Source: Microcoleaceae cyanobacterium (GTDB lineage Bacteria; Cyanobacteriota; Cyanobacteriia; Cyanobacteriales; Microcoleaceae). From it: DNA of 64,000 nucleotides. Shown one piece after another: positions 9,815-20,467 of this stretch (position 1 is the stretch's first letter; each line of letters opens with the position of its first letter). The notes under the pieces are model-generated. The model was not told where the DNA came from, searched no databases, and saw nothing but the letters and a program-made list of their open reading frames with translations. The position numbers and the translations under genes were made by a program. The stretch spans positions 38,322 to 102,321 of the forward strand of contig JBOFUV010000133.1 in assembly GCA_051652765.1 (NCBI GenBank). The letters are read 5' to 3'.

Positions 9815-10237
9815 ATGACCTCAACACCACCAGACGTTGCTAACGTTGTTGCTAAATCGACCCCATACCTGCCAGCAACCCTGGAGCGGGCAGAGCGTGC
9901 GATTCGTTGTTCTCCATTCCAACTCAAATTGTTCATGACAATGCGCTATGACCGAGTGGAATTGAAGGCAATTACCGCTGAATCTGGTGTTGGTCTGGGG
10001 TATACCCGCTGGCAGCTCTCAGAACTTGCTGCCGAGAATTATTTGCTATGGTTGATTCAAGTGGGGGTTCTTCGCCGCGAGGTGGATGGACAAGGGATTA
10101 CAGATAGCTTTCGGCTAACGCCCTTGGGACGGCAACTGGTTGACCACTGGGAAGCTCTAGGTCAAGGTTTGGCTATGCCTACAGGGCGCGATCGCTGGCT
10201 GAATGCCCTCACCCGTTGGCTGCGATTTCCCCTCTAG
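9815..10237 (+). CDS. Npun_F0494-family conserved cyanobacterial protein
   Basis: LRREVDGQGITDSFRLTPLGR motif; usual position upstream of cobQ; ATG start at 9815 preferred. Confidence 0.75.
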   Translation: MTSTPPDVANVVAKSTPYLPATLERAERAIRCSPFQLKLFMTMRYDRVELKAITAESGVGLGYTRWQLSELAAENYLLWLIQVGVLRREVDGQGITDSFRLTPLGRQLVDHWEALGQGLAMPTGRDRWLNALTRWLRFPL

Positions 10238-10241
10238 ACCC

Positions 10242-10314
10242 TCAGATACCTGTTCTGAGATACATGTCCTGAGATACATCTCCTGAGATACATAGTCTGA
10301 GATTTATGTGAGAT
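10242..10314. repeat. Tandem repeat, about 5 x 14 bp (TGAGATACATNNYC)
   Basis: Units at 10242, 10256, 10270, 10284 and 10298. Confidence 0.9.
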
Positions 10315-10343
10315 CGATTCAAGCCTCTGACAAGGATTCTGCA

Positions 10344-11834
10344 ATGACCAAACAGACAAAGGCAAAGGCCATCATGGTGGTCGGAACCACCTCCCACGCG
10401 GGGAAATCCATGCTTGTGACTGCCTTGTGTCGGATTCTGCGCCGTCGTGGGGTTCTTGTTGCTCCCTTCAAAGGTCAGAATATGGCCCTCAACTCCTATG
10501 TTACTCCCACAGGAGCGGAGATCGGCTATGCTCAGGTGGTTCAAGCTTGGGCCGCAGGGTTAACGCCTTCAGTGGAAATGAATCCCATTTTACTCAAGCC
10601 TCAAGGAAACATGACCTCCCAGGTGATCTTGAAGGGCAAAGCCGTTGATTGTGTTCAGGCGGCAGAGTATTACGAGAAATATTTCGATATTGGCTGGCAG
10701 GCTGTTACCGAATCCCTTGACTCCCTGATGTCAGAGTACCAACTTGTCGTTTGTGAAGGAGCAGGTAGCCCAGCAGAGGTAAATCTAAAGCATCGCGACC
10801 TGACTAATATGCGGGTGGCCCAGTATTTAACTGCTAAAACCTTGCTGATTGTCGATATTGATCGGGGCGGAGCCTTTGCCCATGTGATTGGGACATTGCA
10901 GCTCTTGGAACCGGAGGAACGGCAACTGATCAAAGGCATTGTAATCAATAAGTTTCGAGGGCAGCGATCGCTCCTGGATTCTGGAATTCAATGGCTGGAG
11001 GAATATACTGGAATTCCAGTGGTGGGAGTGATTCCCTGGGTTGAACTCAACTTGCCAGCCGAAGACTCCCTCAGTTTGTTTGACCGTCGGAACAGTTCTT
11101 CGCCTCAAGCAGAGATTACGATTGCGGTGATTCGTTTACCTCGAATTGCCAACTTTACCGACTTTGACCCGTTAGATGCTGAAGCAACGGTCAGTGTCAA
11201 GTACGTTGATCTGCATCAGCCTTTGGGCCATCCAGATGCAGTCATTATTCCAGGGTCTAAAACAACCATTCCAGATTTATTGGCCTTGCAAGAGAGCGGC
11301 ATGGCAGCAGAAATTCAACGCTATATTGCCGCTGGAGGTCAAGTCATGGGAATTTGTGGAGGCTACCAAATGCTGGGACAAACCGTTGCAGATCCCTATG
11401 GCTTGGAGGGCAAACGAGGAGACTATGAAGGTTTGGGACTACTGCCTTTGAAAACTATTATTGACCGACCAAAAGTCTCAGCCAAACGACTGGTCACTTC
11501 AGCGTCTCCCCAAGCAGGTTTTCCGATTGAAGGGTATGAAATTCACCAAGGACGCACCCAGGTACTAGATCGAGCAGACATTACTCCTCTGTTCGATGAC
11601 ATTGGCTTAGGAGTGGTGAATACTCAGTATTCTGTCTGGGGTCATTATTTGCATGGCATCTTTGATAACAGTGCTTGGCGGAGAGCTTGGTTGAATCATC
11701 TCCGCACGCCACGAGGATTGAGTACCTTGCCCACAGGGGTTCCAAACTATCGAGAACATCGGGAAATGCTATTGGATGTATTGGCAGATATAGTGGAAGA
11801 AGCTCTAGATCTTGATCTAATCTTGGATTGTTAG
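10344..11834 (+). CDS. cobQ: Cobyric acid synthase
   Basis: GTTSHAGKS, FKGQNMALNS, EGAGSPAEVNL, GICGGYQMLG and YLHG motifs. Confidence 0.95.
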   Translation: MTKQTKAKAIMVVGTTSHAGKSMLVTALCRILRRRGVLVAPFKGQNMALNSYVTPTGAEIGYAQVVQAWAAGLTPSVEMNPILLKPQGNMTSQVILKGKAVDCVQAAEYYEKYFDIGWQAVTESLDSLMSEYQLVVCEGAGSPAEVNLKHRDLTNMRVAQYLTAKTLLIVDIDRGGAFAHVIGTLQLLEPEERQLIKGIVINKFRGQRSLLDSGIQWLEEYTGIPVVGVIPWVELNLPAEDSLSLFDRRNSSSPQAEITIAVIRLPRIANFTDFDPLDAEATVSVKYVDLHQPLGHPDAVIIPGSKTTIPDLLALQESGMAAEIQRYIAAGGQVMGICGGYQMLGQTVADPYGLEGKRGDYEGLGLLPLKTIIDRPKVSAKRLVTSASPQAGFPIEGYEIHQGRTQVLDRADITPLFDDIGLGVVNTQYSVWGHYLHGIFDNSAWRRAWLNHLRTPRGLSTLPTGVPNYREHREMLLDVLADIVEEALDLDLILDC

Positions 11835-11844
11835 TTGGTTTAGA

Positions 11845-12078
11845 ATGAGAATTCGCTTTTTGCCAGACAATATTGCTGTTGAAGCCCAACCGGGAGAACC
11901 GATGTTGGCAGTTGCCAACCGGGCCAGAGTTTCAATTCCCACAGGTTGTCTGATGGGATCATGTCATGCCTGCGAGGTTGAAGTGGACGGGGGAGATATT
12001 ATCTGTGCTTGCATCAGTTCTATCCCGAGTGGAAGGGAAGAAATGACTGTGCAACTTTATGTTGATCCAACGTGGTAA
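11845..12078 (+). CDS. Small 2Fe-2S ferredoxin-like protein
   Basis: IPTGCLMGSCHAC...C cluster motif. Confidence 0.88.
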   Translation: MRIRFLPDNIAVEAQPGEPMLAVANRARVSIPTGCLMGSCHACEVEVDGGDIICACISSIPSGREEMTVQLYVDPTW

Positions 12079-12111
12079 GTCACTTCAGGACTTTAAGCTT
12101 CAGGACGTTAA

Positions 12112-12135
12112 CGTGAGTTCAAGACTGAACTCACG
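12112..12135. terminator. Hairpin between the convergent ferredoxin and metK genes
   Basis: CGTGAGTTCA-AGAC-TGAACTCACG perfect 10-bp stem. Confidence 0.65.
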
Positions 12136-12157
12136 CTAATGAACGTTTACTGAACCT

Positions 12158-13414
12158 CTATCCGGCCACTGCTGAAGCTGACAGAACTTCCTTGAGTAAT
12201 TCGGTCTTATCCGTTATTTCCCAAGGAAGATCTAAGTCAGGTCGGCCAAAGTGACCATAAGACGCGATATCCTGGAAGAAACGTCCCCCTCGTTTGGCCG
12301 GAAGATTCTGCAAATCAAAGGCTTGAATCATTCCGGCTGGGCGCAATTCAAAAATTTCGAGGACAGCATCCATCAATTGTTCCTCATCCACATTGCCCGT
12401 GCCAAAGGTATCAACATGAAGACTCATAGGCCGAGCTACCCCAATCGCATAGCTGACCTGGACTTCACACCGATCTGCTAGCCCAGCCGCAACGATATTT
12501 TTAGCAATGTAACGACAAGCATAGGCTGCCGTGCGATCGACTTTGGTTGGATCTTTCCCAGAGAAGGCTCCCCCACCGTGACGGGCATAGCCTCCATAGG
12601 TATCCACAATAATCTTGCGCCCGGTTAACCCTGCATCTCCTTGAGGCCCACCAATGACAAATTTTCCGGTTGGATTCACCAAAAACCGAGTTTCTGCGTC
12701 AGGTTTGATGTCAATATCCTCAAACACAGGCTTAACCACCGCTGCCCAGAGATCTTGTTTGATTTGAGCTTGGATCGCAGCAGATTCACTGATGCCATTG
12801 ATGACAGCGGCATGTTGGGTTGAGATCAAAATCGTATCAATGCCAACTGGGCGATCGCCCTCATAGATCACAGTAACTTGGGTTTTCCCATCGGGCCGTA
12901 AATAAGGCAATGTGTGATCTTTCCGAACCACAGAAAGCTGTAGAGAAATCCGGTGCGCCAAACTAATGGGTAATGGCATCAGTTCTGGAGTTTCGTTACA
13001 GGCATAGCCAAACATTAACCCTTGGTCTCCTGCTCCAATGGCATCTAACTCTTCTTCGCTCAGAGCCGTTCGGGTTTCATGGGCCTGATCAACGCCTTGA
13101 GCAATATCGGGGGATTGTCGATCAAGAGCCAGCAAAACTGCACAACTCTCGGCTGAGAAACCGTTTTCGGCATGAGTGTAGCCGATTTCAGCAATTTTCT
13201 TGCGGGTGAGGTCAACAAAATTCACTTGAGCCTGAGTCGTGATCTCCCCTGTAATTAGGACTAACCCTGTATTGACAACAACCTCAGCAGCAACACGACT
13301 TTTTGGATCGTGAGTTAATAATGCATCCAGAATCGTGTCTGAGATTTGGTCACAAAGTTTGTCAGGATGACCTTCGGTCACTGATTCGGATGTAAATAGG
13401 TAGCGACGAGACAA
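12158..13414 (-). CDS. metK: S-adenosylmethionine synthetase
   Basis: [19 protein letters not shown] and GGGAFSGKD motifs. TTG start at 13414 behind AGGAGG preferred over 13477. Confidence 0.97.
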   Translation of the reverse strand: MSRRYLFTSESVTEGHPDKLCDQISDTILDALLTHDPKSRVAAEVVVNTGLVLITGEITTQAQVNFVDLTRKKIAEIGYTHAENGFSAESCAVLLALDRQSPDIAQGVDQAHETRTALSEEELDAIGAGDQGLMFGYACNETPELMPLPISLAHRISLQLSVVRKDHTLPYLRPDGKTQVTVIYEGDRPVGIDTILISTQHAAVINGISESAAIQAQIKQDLWAAVVKPVFEDIDIKPDAETRFLVNPTGKFVIGGPQGDAGLTGRKIIVDTYGGYARHGGGAFSGKDPTKVDRTAAYACRYIAKNIVAAGLADRCEVQVSYAIGVARPMSLHVDTFGTGNVDEEQLMDAVLEIFELRPAGMIQAFDLQNLPAKRGGRFFQDIASYGHFGRPDLDLPWEITDKTELLKEVLSASAVAG

Positions 13415-13652
13415 GAGCAGAGCCTCCTTCAATTTAAGCGTGTTGACAAAGGATGGAAGCAAGGGCTGAGTATTCAACTGCCATCAGAGGACTCAGGCAA
13501 TCTTTCCCTCAAACGTTATTCATCAAACCCTTGAAAACTTTCATTAGTCCTGTTGTATCAGCAGAACCGGATAGCTGTAAAGTTTCTGGGGCAGAACAGA
13601 TCTTGAGATTGCAAAGGATAACAACCCTGAAATCATCTGAGGGACAAAGCTT

Positions 13653-14396
13653 TCAGCTTACTGAAATCACTTGAATTTGATCTAAGTTTTGGATGACAAC
13701 ATCCGCAGATTGCAAAAGTTGAGGAATCTGTCCTTGACGATCGATGCCAATGCACCCTGCTGCCTTAGCTCCTCTAGCCATCTCCATGTCAACCATTGCA
13801 TCCCCGATCATTACTGCGGACAAAGGATTCACATCCAAAGCCTGACATGCCTGCAAAAACAGTTTGGGATCTGGCTTGCCTGGGCCCTCATCTACTCCCA
13901 TCTTTAGCTGGAAATACTGCTCCAAATGATACCGTTTGACAAAGCTATATACCGATTTCGAGGAGGCAGCAGAGAGGATTCCCAGCTTCAAGCCAGAAGT
14001 TGAAAGCAACTCTAACACCCCAAGGCACTCTCTGAATAGAGGGGCTGGAGAAGAAGTTTGAAGAACTTGGTCTGCTTTCTCAAAAGCTTGGCGGGCAATT
14101 TTTAGCGATTCTGACCAGCTCTGCCCAGTTTCAGCAATACAGGCTGCTGCCGCAATCTCGTTTTCCCTCCGACTGCCAACAGCCATCAATCCTGCTGGGT
14201 TCAGCCAATCTTCTATAATCCCAAATGTTGGTAGGAGTCGTTGCCTCAACCCTGGAATTTGATGATCAATGAGACGCGATCGCGCCTGTCCCAAGTCCTT
14301 TAGGATTGCTTGAGAATCTTCTAAGGTTCCATCTTTATCAAACACGATGGCTTGAATATTTTTGAATAGAACCTGGTCAACTCTTAGAGTAGCCAT
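13653..14396 (-). CDS. HAD-superfamily hydrolase
   Basis: FDKDGTL, KPDP and MIGD...D motifs. Confidence 0.9.
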   Translation of the reverse strand: MATLRVDQVLFKNIQAIVFDKDGTLEDSQAILKDLGQARSRLIDHQIPGLRQRLLPTFGIIEDWLNPAGLMAVGSRRENEIAAAACIAETGQSWSESLKIARQAFEKADQVLQTSSPAPLFRECLGVLELLSTSGLKLGILSAASSKSVYSFVKRYHLEQYFQLKMGVDEGPGKPDPKLFLQACQALDVNPLSAVMIGDAMVDMEMARGAKAAGCIGIDRQGQIPQLLQSADVVIQNLDQIQVISVS

Positions 14397-14477
14397 AGGA
14401 GAAACTCTAGTTAAACAAAGCCATGAAAAAAGAGGGTGAATCCCTCCTTAGAGCCAATACAAAGTGACATTCATGAC

Positions 14478-14552
14478 ACATAGTTTATTAAACATAGTTT
14501 ATTAAACATACTTCATTAAACATAGTTTGATAGACATTGTTTAATAAACATT
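14478..14552. repeat. Tandem repeat, 5+ x 14 bp (ACATAGTTTATTAA)
   Basis: Units at 14478, 14492, 14506, 14520 and 14534, progressively degenerate. Confidence 0.9.
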
Positions 14553-14620
14553 ATGGGTCATGAAACTAGGTGCTACGAAACGGTCAAGAAGCCGCTAAGA
14601 CTTAAAGATCAGGCTGAACT

Positions 14621-16057
14621 TCAAGACTCAGCGATCGCCTCAAGCTCTTCCTCTTCAGCCAAGGCTTCCTCAGAGATCTCTTCCGGTTCAGTTTCTTCAG
14701 AAACTTCTTCCTCAAGCACAGCTTCTTCAGAAACTTCTTCCTCAAGCACAGCTTCTTCAGGAACTTCTTGAAGAACTGCTTCTTCAAGTACAGCTTCTTC
14801 AGGAACCTCCTCTTTAAGTACAGCTTCTTCAGGAACTTCTTGAAGGACTGCTTCTTCAAGTACAGTTTCCTCAAGTACAGCTTCTTCAGGAACCTCTTGA
14901 AGGACTGCTTCTTCAAGTACAGCCTCTTCAGGAACTCCTTCCTCAAGTACAGCTTCTTCGGGAACTCCTTCCTCAACTAAGGCATCACTGGAAACCTCTT
15001 CCGGCGAAGCTTCGTCAAGCGCCGCTTCAATGTCCTCTGAAGCCTCAGGTACATCAACGTCTTCAACCGCTAATGGAATCTCATCCTCTTCCATAGCAGA
15101 AGGAATCTCGACCTCCTCTAGGGTCGCTTCTACGTCAGGTTGAACTTGAATGCCCTGCTGCTCAGCTAGCATTTTTTCCCGGAATTTAGCTGCCATTTCT
15201 TCAGCTTTTTCGTAAACCAAGTCAGGGTTCTTCACCATAGCCCCTGGTTCTGGCTCCAACTGCTTCGTGGAGAGGGAGATCCGACCTCGATCCGCATCCA
15301 GATCGATGATCATCACCTTAACCTCATCATTAACGTTGAAGACGCTATGGGGAGTATCGATGTGATCGTGGGAAATTTCAGAAATATGGAGCAAGCCACT
15401 AACACCACCAATATCAATAAATGCTCCATAGGGCTTGATTCCCCGCACCGTACCGATCACAACTTCCCCGACTTCAAGGCGGTTCATCTTGCGCTCAACC
15501 AAAGCTCTACGGTGGCTTAGAACGAGGCGGTTTCTTTCTTCATCAACCTCTAGAAACTTCAGCGGAAGTTCTTCAGCAACCAGATCTTCCTTCGGCTTGC
15601 GGGTACTAATGTGTGATCCAGGGATAAATCCCCGCAGTCCTTCGATTCGGACTAGAGCACCCCCGCGATTGGTTGCAAAAACCTGAGAACGAACCGTCGC
15701 ATCTTCAGCTTGGAGTTGGCGGACTCTTTCCCAGGCCCGCATGTACTCAATACGACGAATTGAAAGGGTTAACTGGCCATCCTCGTTCTCATCAGTCAAG
15801 ATGAAAAATTCTCGCGTTTCATTAGACTGCAAGACTTCATCCGGACTTTCCACACGATTGATGGACATTTCTTGAAGCGGAATATAGGCTGCAGTCTTAG
15901 CGCCAATATCAATCAGGGCTCCCCTTGGTTCTATACTAAAAACAGTCCCAGGAACTACGTCTCCCGGACTGAAATGATAGTCGTATTTATCAAGTAGGGC
16001 TGCAAAATCTTCGTGGGTAAAGCCCACGTCTTTAGGCTTGACTGTCTGATCGAGCAT
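14621..16057 (-). CDS. rpsA: 30S ribosomal protein S1 with an extended acidic repeat tail
   Basis: Cyanobacterial Rps1 N-terminus GFTHEDFAALLDKYDYHF and three S1 domains, then about 170 aa of acidic tail. Confidence 0.95.
   Translation of the reverse strand: MLDQTVKPKDVGFTHEDFAALLDKYDYHFSPGDVVPGTVFSIEPRGALIDIGAKTAAYIPLQEMSINRVESPDEVLQSNETREFFILTDENEDGQLTLSIRRIEYMRAWERVRQLQAEDATVRSQVFATNRGGALVRIEGLRGFIPGSHISTRKPKEDLVAEELPLKFLEVDEERNRLVLSHRRALVERKMNRLEVGEVVIGTVRGIKPYGAFIDIGGVSGLLHISEISHDHIDTPHSVFNVNDEVKVMIIDLDADRGRISLSTKQLEPEPGAMVKNPDLVYEKAEEMAAKFREKMLAEQQGIQVQPDVEATLEEVEIPSAMEEDEIPLAVEDVDVPEASEDIEAALDEASPEEVSSDALVEEGVPEEAVLEEGVPEEAVLEEAVLQEVPEEAVLEETVLEEAVLQEVPEEAVLKEEVPEEAVLEEAVLQEVPEEAVLEEEVSEEAVLEEEVSEETEPEEISEEALAEEEELEAIAES
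14690..14978 (-). repeat. In-frame coding repeat (EEAVL / VPEEAVLEE units) in the S1 tail
   Basis: Repeated GAAGAAGCTGTACTT-like 15-nt units on the minus strand. Confidence 0.9.
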
Positions 16058-16419
16058 GCAATTTATTTCCTAGGGATATCTCTCCTTAAGTTGCGTTTAT
16101 GCAGTCACCAAGGTTAATGCTTGAACTACCAAGCTTGATAGCAACCACAAACCTTAGAAGGCTTTAAAACTACCATCAAGAGCTGGAACTTCGAGAATCA
16201 ACTTTAACTCTAGCTTCCCAATAAGGCAAGCACAGAAAACTCCTAGAAGCAAACAGTCGCGGCGATCAAGTTAAACTAGCTAACGAAACATCCCTTAGCT
16301 AGTTCAGGAAGCTAAAACTCCTGTAGATCTTACCAGCTCACTACTTAACAACTATGGAGTCAACTTGACTAATTTAACTTAAAGTACTGATATTATGCCA
16401 TACTCTAGCAAAATTTGTG

Positions 16420-17016
16420 TCAGTTTATCGATGAGCTTTTCTGAGAGTTCAAAATAGGATTTGGATCTGAAGGATTGGAAATCGACCCTTCAGAGGCGTG
16501 AGTCGATGACAGGTCAGTCTCATCTGGGGTAAATCCACCATTTTCACCCTGCTTCAAGTGAGCTTGGTAGTGCTTGAGCTGAGCTAAGGCATCAACAAAA
16601 TCTCGAATTCCCGTGAACTTTCGATAAACTGAAGCAAATCGCACATAAGCAACTTCACTTACGGCTTTCAGTTGCTCTAGAACCAGCTCCCCGATTTCTT
16701 GACTGGACACGTCTCGATTGGGACGCTGTTGCAGTTCAAGCTCAATTTCATCAATAATCTCGTTAAGTTGGATTGGAGTCATTCCGGTCTTTTCACAGGC
16801 TCGAACTAATCCTCGCAGCAGCTTGGAGCGGTCAAAAGATTCCCGCTTTCCATCCCGCTTAATCACTGTAACTGGAACAAATTCAACTCGTTCATAAGTG
16901 GTGAACCGATGTTGGCAGTTCAGGCACTCTCGCCGACGGCGAATACTCCGACCAGACTCGGCTGCACGGGATTCCAAAACTCGGCTATTCGTATGCTGAC
17001 AAACTGGGCATTGCAT
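16420..17016 (-). CDS. nrdR: Transcriptional repressor NrdR
   Basis: [24 protein letters not shown]-cone, [10 protein letters not shown]. Confidence 0.96.
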   Translation of the reverse strand: MQCPVCQHTNSRVLESRAAESGRSIRRRRECLNCQHRFTTYERVEFVPVTVIKRDGKRESFDRSKLLRGLVRACEKTGMTPIQLNEIIDEIELELQQRPNRDVSSQEIGELVLEQLKAVSEVAYVRFASVYRKFTGIRDFVDALAQLKHYQAHLKQGENGGFTPDETDLSSTHASEGSISNPSDPNPILNSQKSSSIN

Positions 17017-17069
17017 GACTGGGTTGTCTTCTCTGATTCAGTGCGATTTCTAGCTAGAGGATAACTAGA

Positions 17070-17165
17070 CTACTTGCCAATTCGGGGAGGTTCACGAAAG
17101 GCGATCGCAAAAAACAGAACTCCCAAGCCCAAAGCTAGAACCAAAATATAAGCTGCACTTTCCAT
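17070..17165 (-). CDS. psbT: Photosystem II protein T
   Basis: Not in the ORF track. Hand translation [31 protein letters not shown], directly downstream of psbB. Confidence 0.96.
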   Translation of the reverse strand: MESAAYILVLALGLGVLFFAIAFREPPRIGK

Positions 17166-17270
17166 GTCAATTTTTCCTAAAAAGCAATTTCTTATCAGTT
17201 TACCAGTCAAAATGGCATAAACGCTAAATCAACATTGCTTTTTTGTCAGGAGAAGGGCTAAACGGGCATT

Positions 17271-17309
17271 TCAGTTATCAATATCAGTTGCCAATATCAG
17301 TTGCCAATA
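17271..17309. repeat. Tandem repeat, 3 x 13 bp (TCAGTTGCCAATA)
   Basis: Read directly between psbB and psbT. Confidence 0.9.
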
Positions 17310-17428
17310 ATAGTTCTAAAAGAACTAGTCCAAAAAAAATGAAGCCCAACTCACTTGTTAGGCTCCAGAGATAAAAGCACAACTCATATTGACTTTCAAG
17401 AGTGGAAAGCTGAATGAGTCCGCAAAAG

Positions 17429-18964
17429 CTAAACGCTTTCCTTGGCAGGAGTTGATTTGTCTCCAAGCTTCTGATAAAAGCCCCATTCAAGCTGCTCTTC
17501 TGTCATCTCAGGGTCAATTCCAGCAAACACGTCTCGGAAAATAGTCCGAGAACCGTGCCAGATGTGACCAAAGAAGAACAAGAGAGCAAAACAAGCATGA
17601 CCAAAAGTAAACCAACCTCGGGTACTGGTGCGGAATACGCCATCAGATCCTAAGGTTTCCCGATCAAACTCAAAAGGTTCACCCTTCTGAGCAAAACGGG
17701 CATACTTTTTGACCGTAGGAGCGTCCTTAAAGGTTTGACCATCTAGATCGCCACCGAGGAAGGAAACACTAACGCCAGCCTGTTCAAAGCTATAGCGAGA
17801 CTCTGCACGACGGAAAGGAATATCTGCCCGAATGACCCCGTCCTCGTCTGTGAGGAGAACTGGGAAGGTTTCAAAGAAGTTGGGCAAACGACGAACCGTC
17901 AGGTTATGGCCATCAGCATCCTTAAAGACAGGATGTCCAACCCAACCCTGAGCAATCCCATCTCCCTTGTCCATGGGGCCAACCCGGAACAAACCACCCT
18001 TGGCAGGACTGTTGCCGACATAGTCGTAAAAGGCCAACTTCTCAGGAACTTTAGACCATGCTTCAGAGAGGCTATCCCCTGAATTAACGTTGGCCTGAAC
18101 CCGCCGTTGAATTTCCTCTTGGAAATATCCCTGATCCCACTGATACCGAGTCGGGCCAAACAACTCAATTGGGGTTGCAGCGGAACCGTACCACATTGTT
18201 CCTGCAACCACAAAGGCCGCAAAAAATACCGCCGCAATACTGCTAGACAGCACTGTCTCAATATTCCCCATCCGCAATGCCTTATAAAGACGCTGGGGTG
18301 GACGAACAGACAAATGGAACAAGCCTGCGATAATACCGACAATTCCAGCCGCAATGTGATGGGCAACAATTCCCCCGGCGTTAAATGGATTAAAGCCCTC
18401 AGGCCCCCAAGAAGGCGCGACAGCTTGAATGCTTCCCGTCAGCCCATAGGGATCGGACACCCACATTCCAGGCCCAAAGAGCCCAGTTTGGTGAAAGGCA
18501 CCGAAGCCAAAGCAGAGCAAACCAGACAACAACAAATGAATCCCAAACATTTTGGGCAAATCCAGGGCAGGCTCTCCGGTACGGGGATCAGTAAAGAGTT
18601 CCAAATCCCAGTAAACCCAGTGCCAAACTGCTGCTAAGAACAGTAAACCAGACAGGATAATATGAGCAGCAGCAACACCTTCGAATGACCAGAATCCTGG
18701 ATTCACCACAGTGTCACCACTGACAACACTCCAGCCTGACCAGGATTGGGTCACGCCCAAACGAGCCATGAAAGGCATGACAAACATTCCCTGCCGCCAC
18801 ATTGGATTGAGGACAGGATCAGAGGGATCGTAAATCGCGAGTTCATAGAGTGCCATTGAACCCGCCCAACCTGCTACAAGAGCAGTGTGCATGAGGTGTA
18901 CAGAAATTAGCCGTCCTGGATCATTCAGAACTACTGTGTGTACACGATACCAAGGTAGTCCCAT
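17429..18964 (-). CDS. psbB: Photosystem II CP47
   Basis: [27 protein letters not shown]-terminus; full length. Confidence 0.99.
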   Translation of the reverse strand: MGLPWYRVHTVVLNDPGRLISVHLMHTALVAGWAGSMALYELAIYDPSDPVLNPMWRQGMFVMPFMARLGVTQSWSGWSVVSGDTVVNPGFWSFEGVAAAHIILSGLLFLAAVWHWVYWDLELFTDPRTGEPALDLPKMFGIHLLLSGLLCFGFGAFHQTGLFGPGMWVSDPYGLTGSIQAVAPSWGPEGFNPFNAGGIVAHHIAAGIVGIIAGLFHLSVRPPQRLYKALRMGNIETVLSSSIAAVFFAAFVVAGTMWYGSAATPIELFGPTRYQWDQGYFQEEIQRRVQANVNSGDSLSEAWSKVPEKLAFYDYVGNSPAKGGLFRVGPMDKGDGIAQGWVGHPVFKDADGHNLTVRRLPNFFETFPVLLTDEDGVIRADIPFRRAESRYSFEQAGVSVSFLGGDLDGQTFKDAPTVKKYARFAQKGEPFEFDRETLGSDGVFRTSTRGWFTFGHACFALLFFFGHIWHGSRTIFRDVFAGIDPEMTEEQLEWGFYQKLGDKSTPAKESV

Positions 18965-19118
18965 TGACTACGCTCCTCCTCGATTTAGTAAGGTCTACTT
19001 TGTTAAACTTTGCTATCCGATACCCCGTTTGGGGTCAACCGATATCCAGAATTTATCAACTCTAGCTCTGATTAAAGTTCCTAACGGGATCTTCGCGTAT
19101 ATGAAACTTATTTAAAGA

Positions 19119-19147
19119 AGTGTATCGATAGTTAGAGCCAATTGCAA
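19119..19147 (-). promoter_or_regulatory. Sigma70-type promoter of psbB
   Basis: Minus strand TTGCAA-17 nt-TACACT about 155 nt upstream of the ATG. Confidence 0.65.
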
Positions 19148-19257
19148 GTTCAGTCCTTAGGTTAGAACAGCATTATTTTACCTTTAATTAGCTCAAAATC
19201 CCTTGAAGCAACGAAAATCAGCCAAATGAAGGCTAACTTTAAAGACTGCAATTCTTA

Positions 19258-19581
19258 TCATTTTCCCGTCCCAACCGAACATTCTGCAGAAGCCGCACAC
19301 AAACGTTCTAAAACTTGGTCAGCAGTAATTAGCCGAGTGAGAACAACTTGACCAATCCCTGTACCAGAAGATGGGTCAAGCTGAGGCTCGGTCGGTTTGA
19401 CCTCAATCATCAGCACGGCATCCTCGACCCGGTATAGCCATAGCTTTTCTCCCGTGTCCAATAAGCACAAATCAAGCTGTTGAATATTAGGCGGACGACG
19501 GCCCATTACTTCATCCCACGGGCCCCCTACACCCCATACCCGACCCACTATCCATCCATTGGTAAGAAAAAAATATTTCAC
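19258..19581 (-). CDS. Conserved cyanobacterial hypothetical protein
   Basis: GTG start at 19581 behind AGGA: MKYFFLTNGW..GRVW, LYRVEDAVLMIEVKP, IGQVVL.RLI. Natural protein-like composition. Confidence 0.7.
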   Translation of the reverse strand: MKYFFLTNGWIVGRVWGVGGPWDEVMGRRPPNIQQLDLCLLDTGEKLWLYRVEDAVLMIEVKPTEPQLDPSSGTGIGQVVLTRLITADQVLERLCAASAECSVGTGK

Positions 19582-20111
19582 AGATTTCCTAATCTTGATT
19601 TCTAATCTTAGTTTCCACAGCGATCTGATTTGAATTGCAAAAGTGGATGGCCTTTTGTCCGCACAGACTAAAAGCCTGCTCCACAGACTTTCATCAATCA
19701 CTTGAGATTGCCATAACCCTAGTTAGTTCAAAATCTGCTATTTACTCTCTTCATCTATTCTACGCTCAACCTATTGTCCCGAATGGCTATTTATTCTGTG
19801 CCCAAATCGTCAAACATCAAGTCATCCTCAATCCGATTCTGGCAGTGGCACGACTTAGACAATCCCCCCTGCCTTCCCTTTGGCCTATTCTTGCCGCAGA
19901 TCTCCCGTAAGATCCTCCTCTGCAGCCAGCAAGCTACCCCGACAGAATCAATGAAATATCCTCAGGAGTTGCAGGTTTAACGTTCATCCATGGAGGGTTT
20001 GCGATGGAAAATTTCCTTGTCATTGTACTGCCGGGAATAGTGTCATAAGTCCAGACCCCATAGCAAAATAACATAATACAATAAGCAAACCGTGAAGTTT
20101 GGAATTGAGTC

Positions 20112-20330
20112 ATGGCCCACCAAGTTGATCTGCTACCTGGAGCCATTTCAGAACTAATGGCATCTGTTGCTGATACCCATTGTCTCACTCGAGCTGACCG
20201 CTATGGGCTACTAGCAGCAATCTTGGATGAGTCTCTTTCTGAGGAGGAGCGCCGTTCGGTTGATCGACTCTTGAGAGCCTGTAGTCGGGGACGGGTTCAG
20301 GTTGTGGAAGATCTCTCTACCCTCGGGTGA
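20112..20330 (+). CDS. Small conserved cyanobacterial hypothetical protein (72 aa)
   Basis: LT.ADRYGL.AA.L...LSEEER..DRLL..GR pattern. Confidence 0.75.
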   Translation: MAHQVDLLPGAISELMASVADTHCLTRADRYGLLAAILDESLSEEERRSVDRLLRACSRGRVQVVEDLSTLG

Positions 20331-20467
20331 TTTCCCCGAGCCCCAACTGATTAGAACATGGGAATTAAATCACCCTTGAACTTTTGGGGATAAGGTATCT
20401 TGTCTGACTTGAGCAATCGGGATGGCCATCTTAATCAGATCTCATTCCAAATCCTAAGGACACAATT

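Noticed and set aside
10242..14552. 14-bp arrays at 10242 and 14478 as CRISPR arrays or iterons
   Set aside because: Units are head-to-tail without unique spacers, too short, unrelated to each other, and there is no cas or rep gene.
14553..14980. Lys-rich 124-aa, Ser-rich 72-aa and FFKYSFFRN 70-aa repetitive ORFs
   Set aside because: Alternative-frame and antisense shadows of the S1 acidic repeat; no independent RBS or context.
17899..18637. 156-aa and 176-aa ORFs overlapping psbB
   Set aside because: Shadow ORFs of a highly conserved gene; no motifs.
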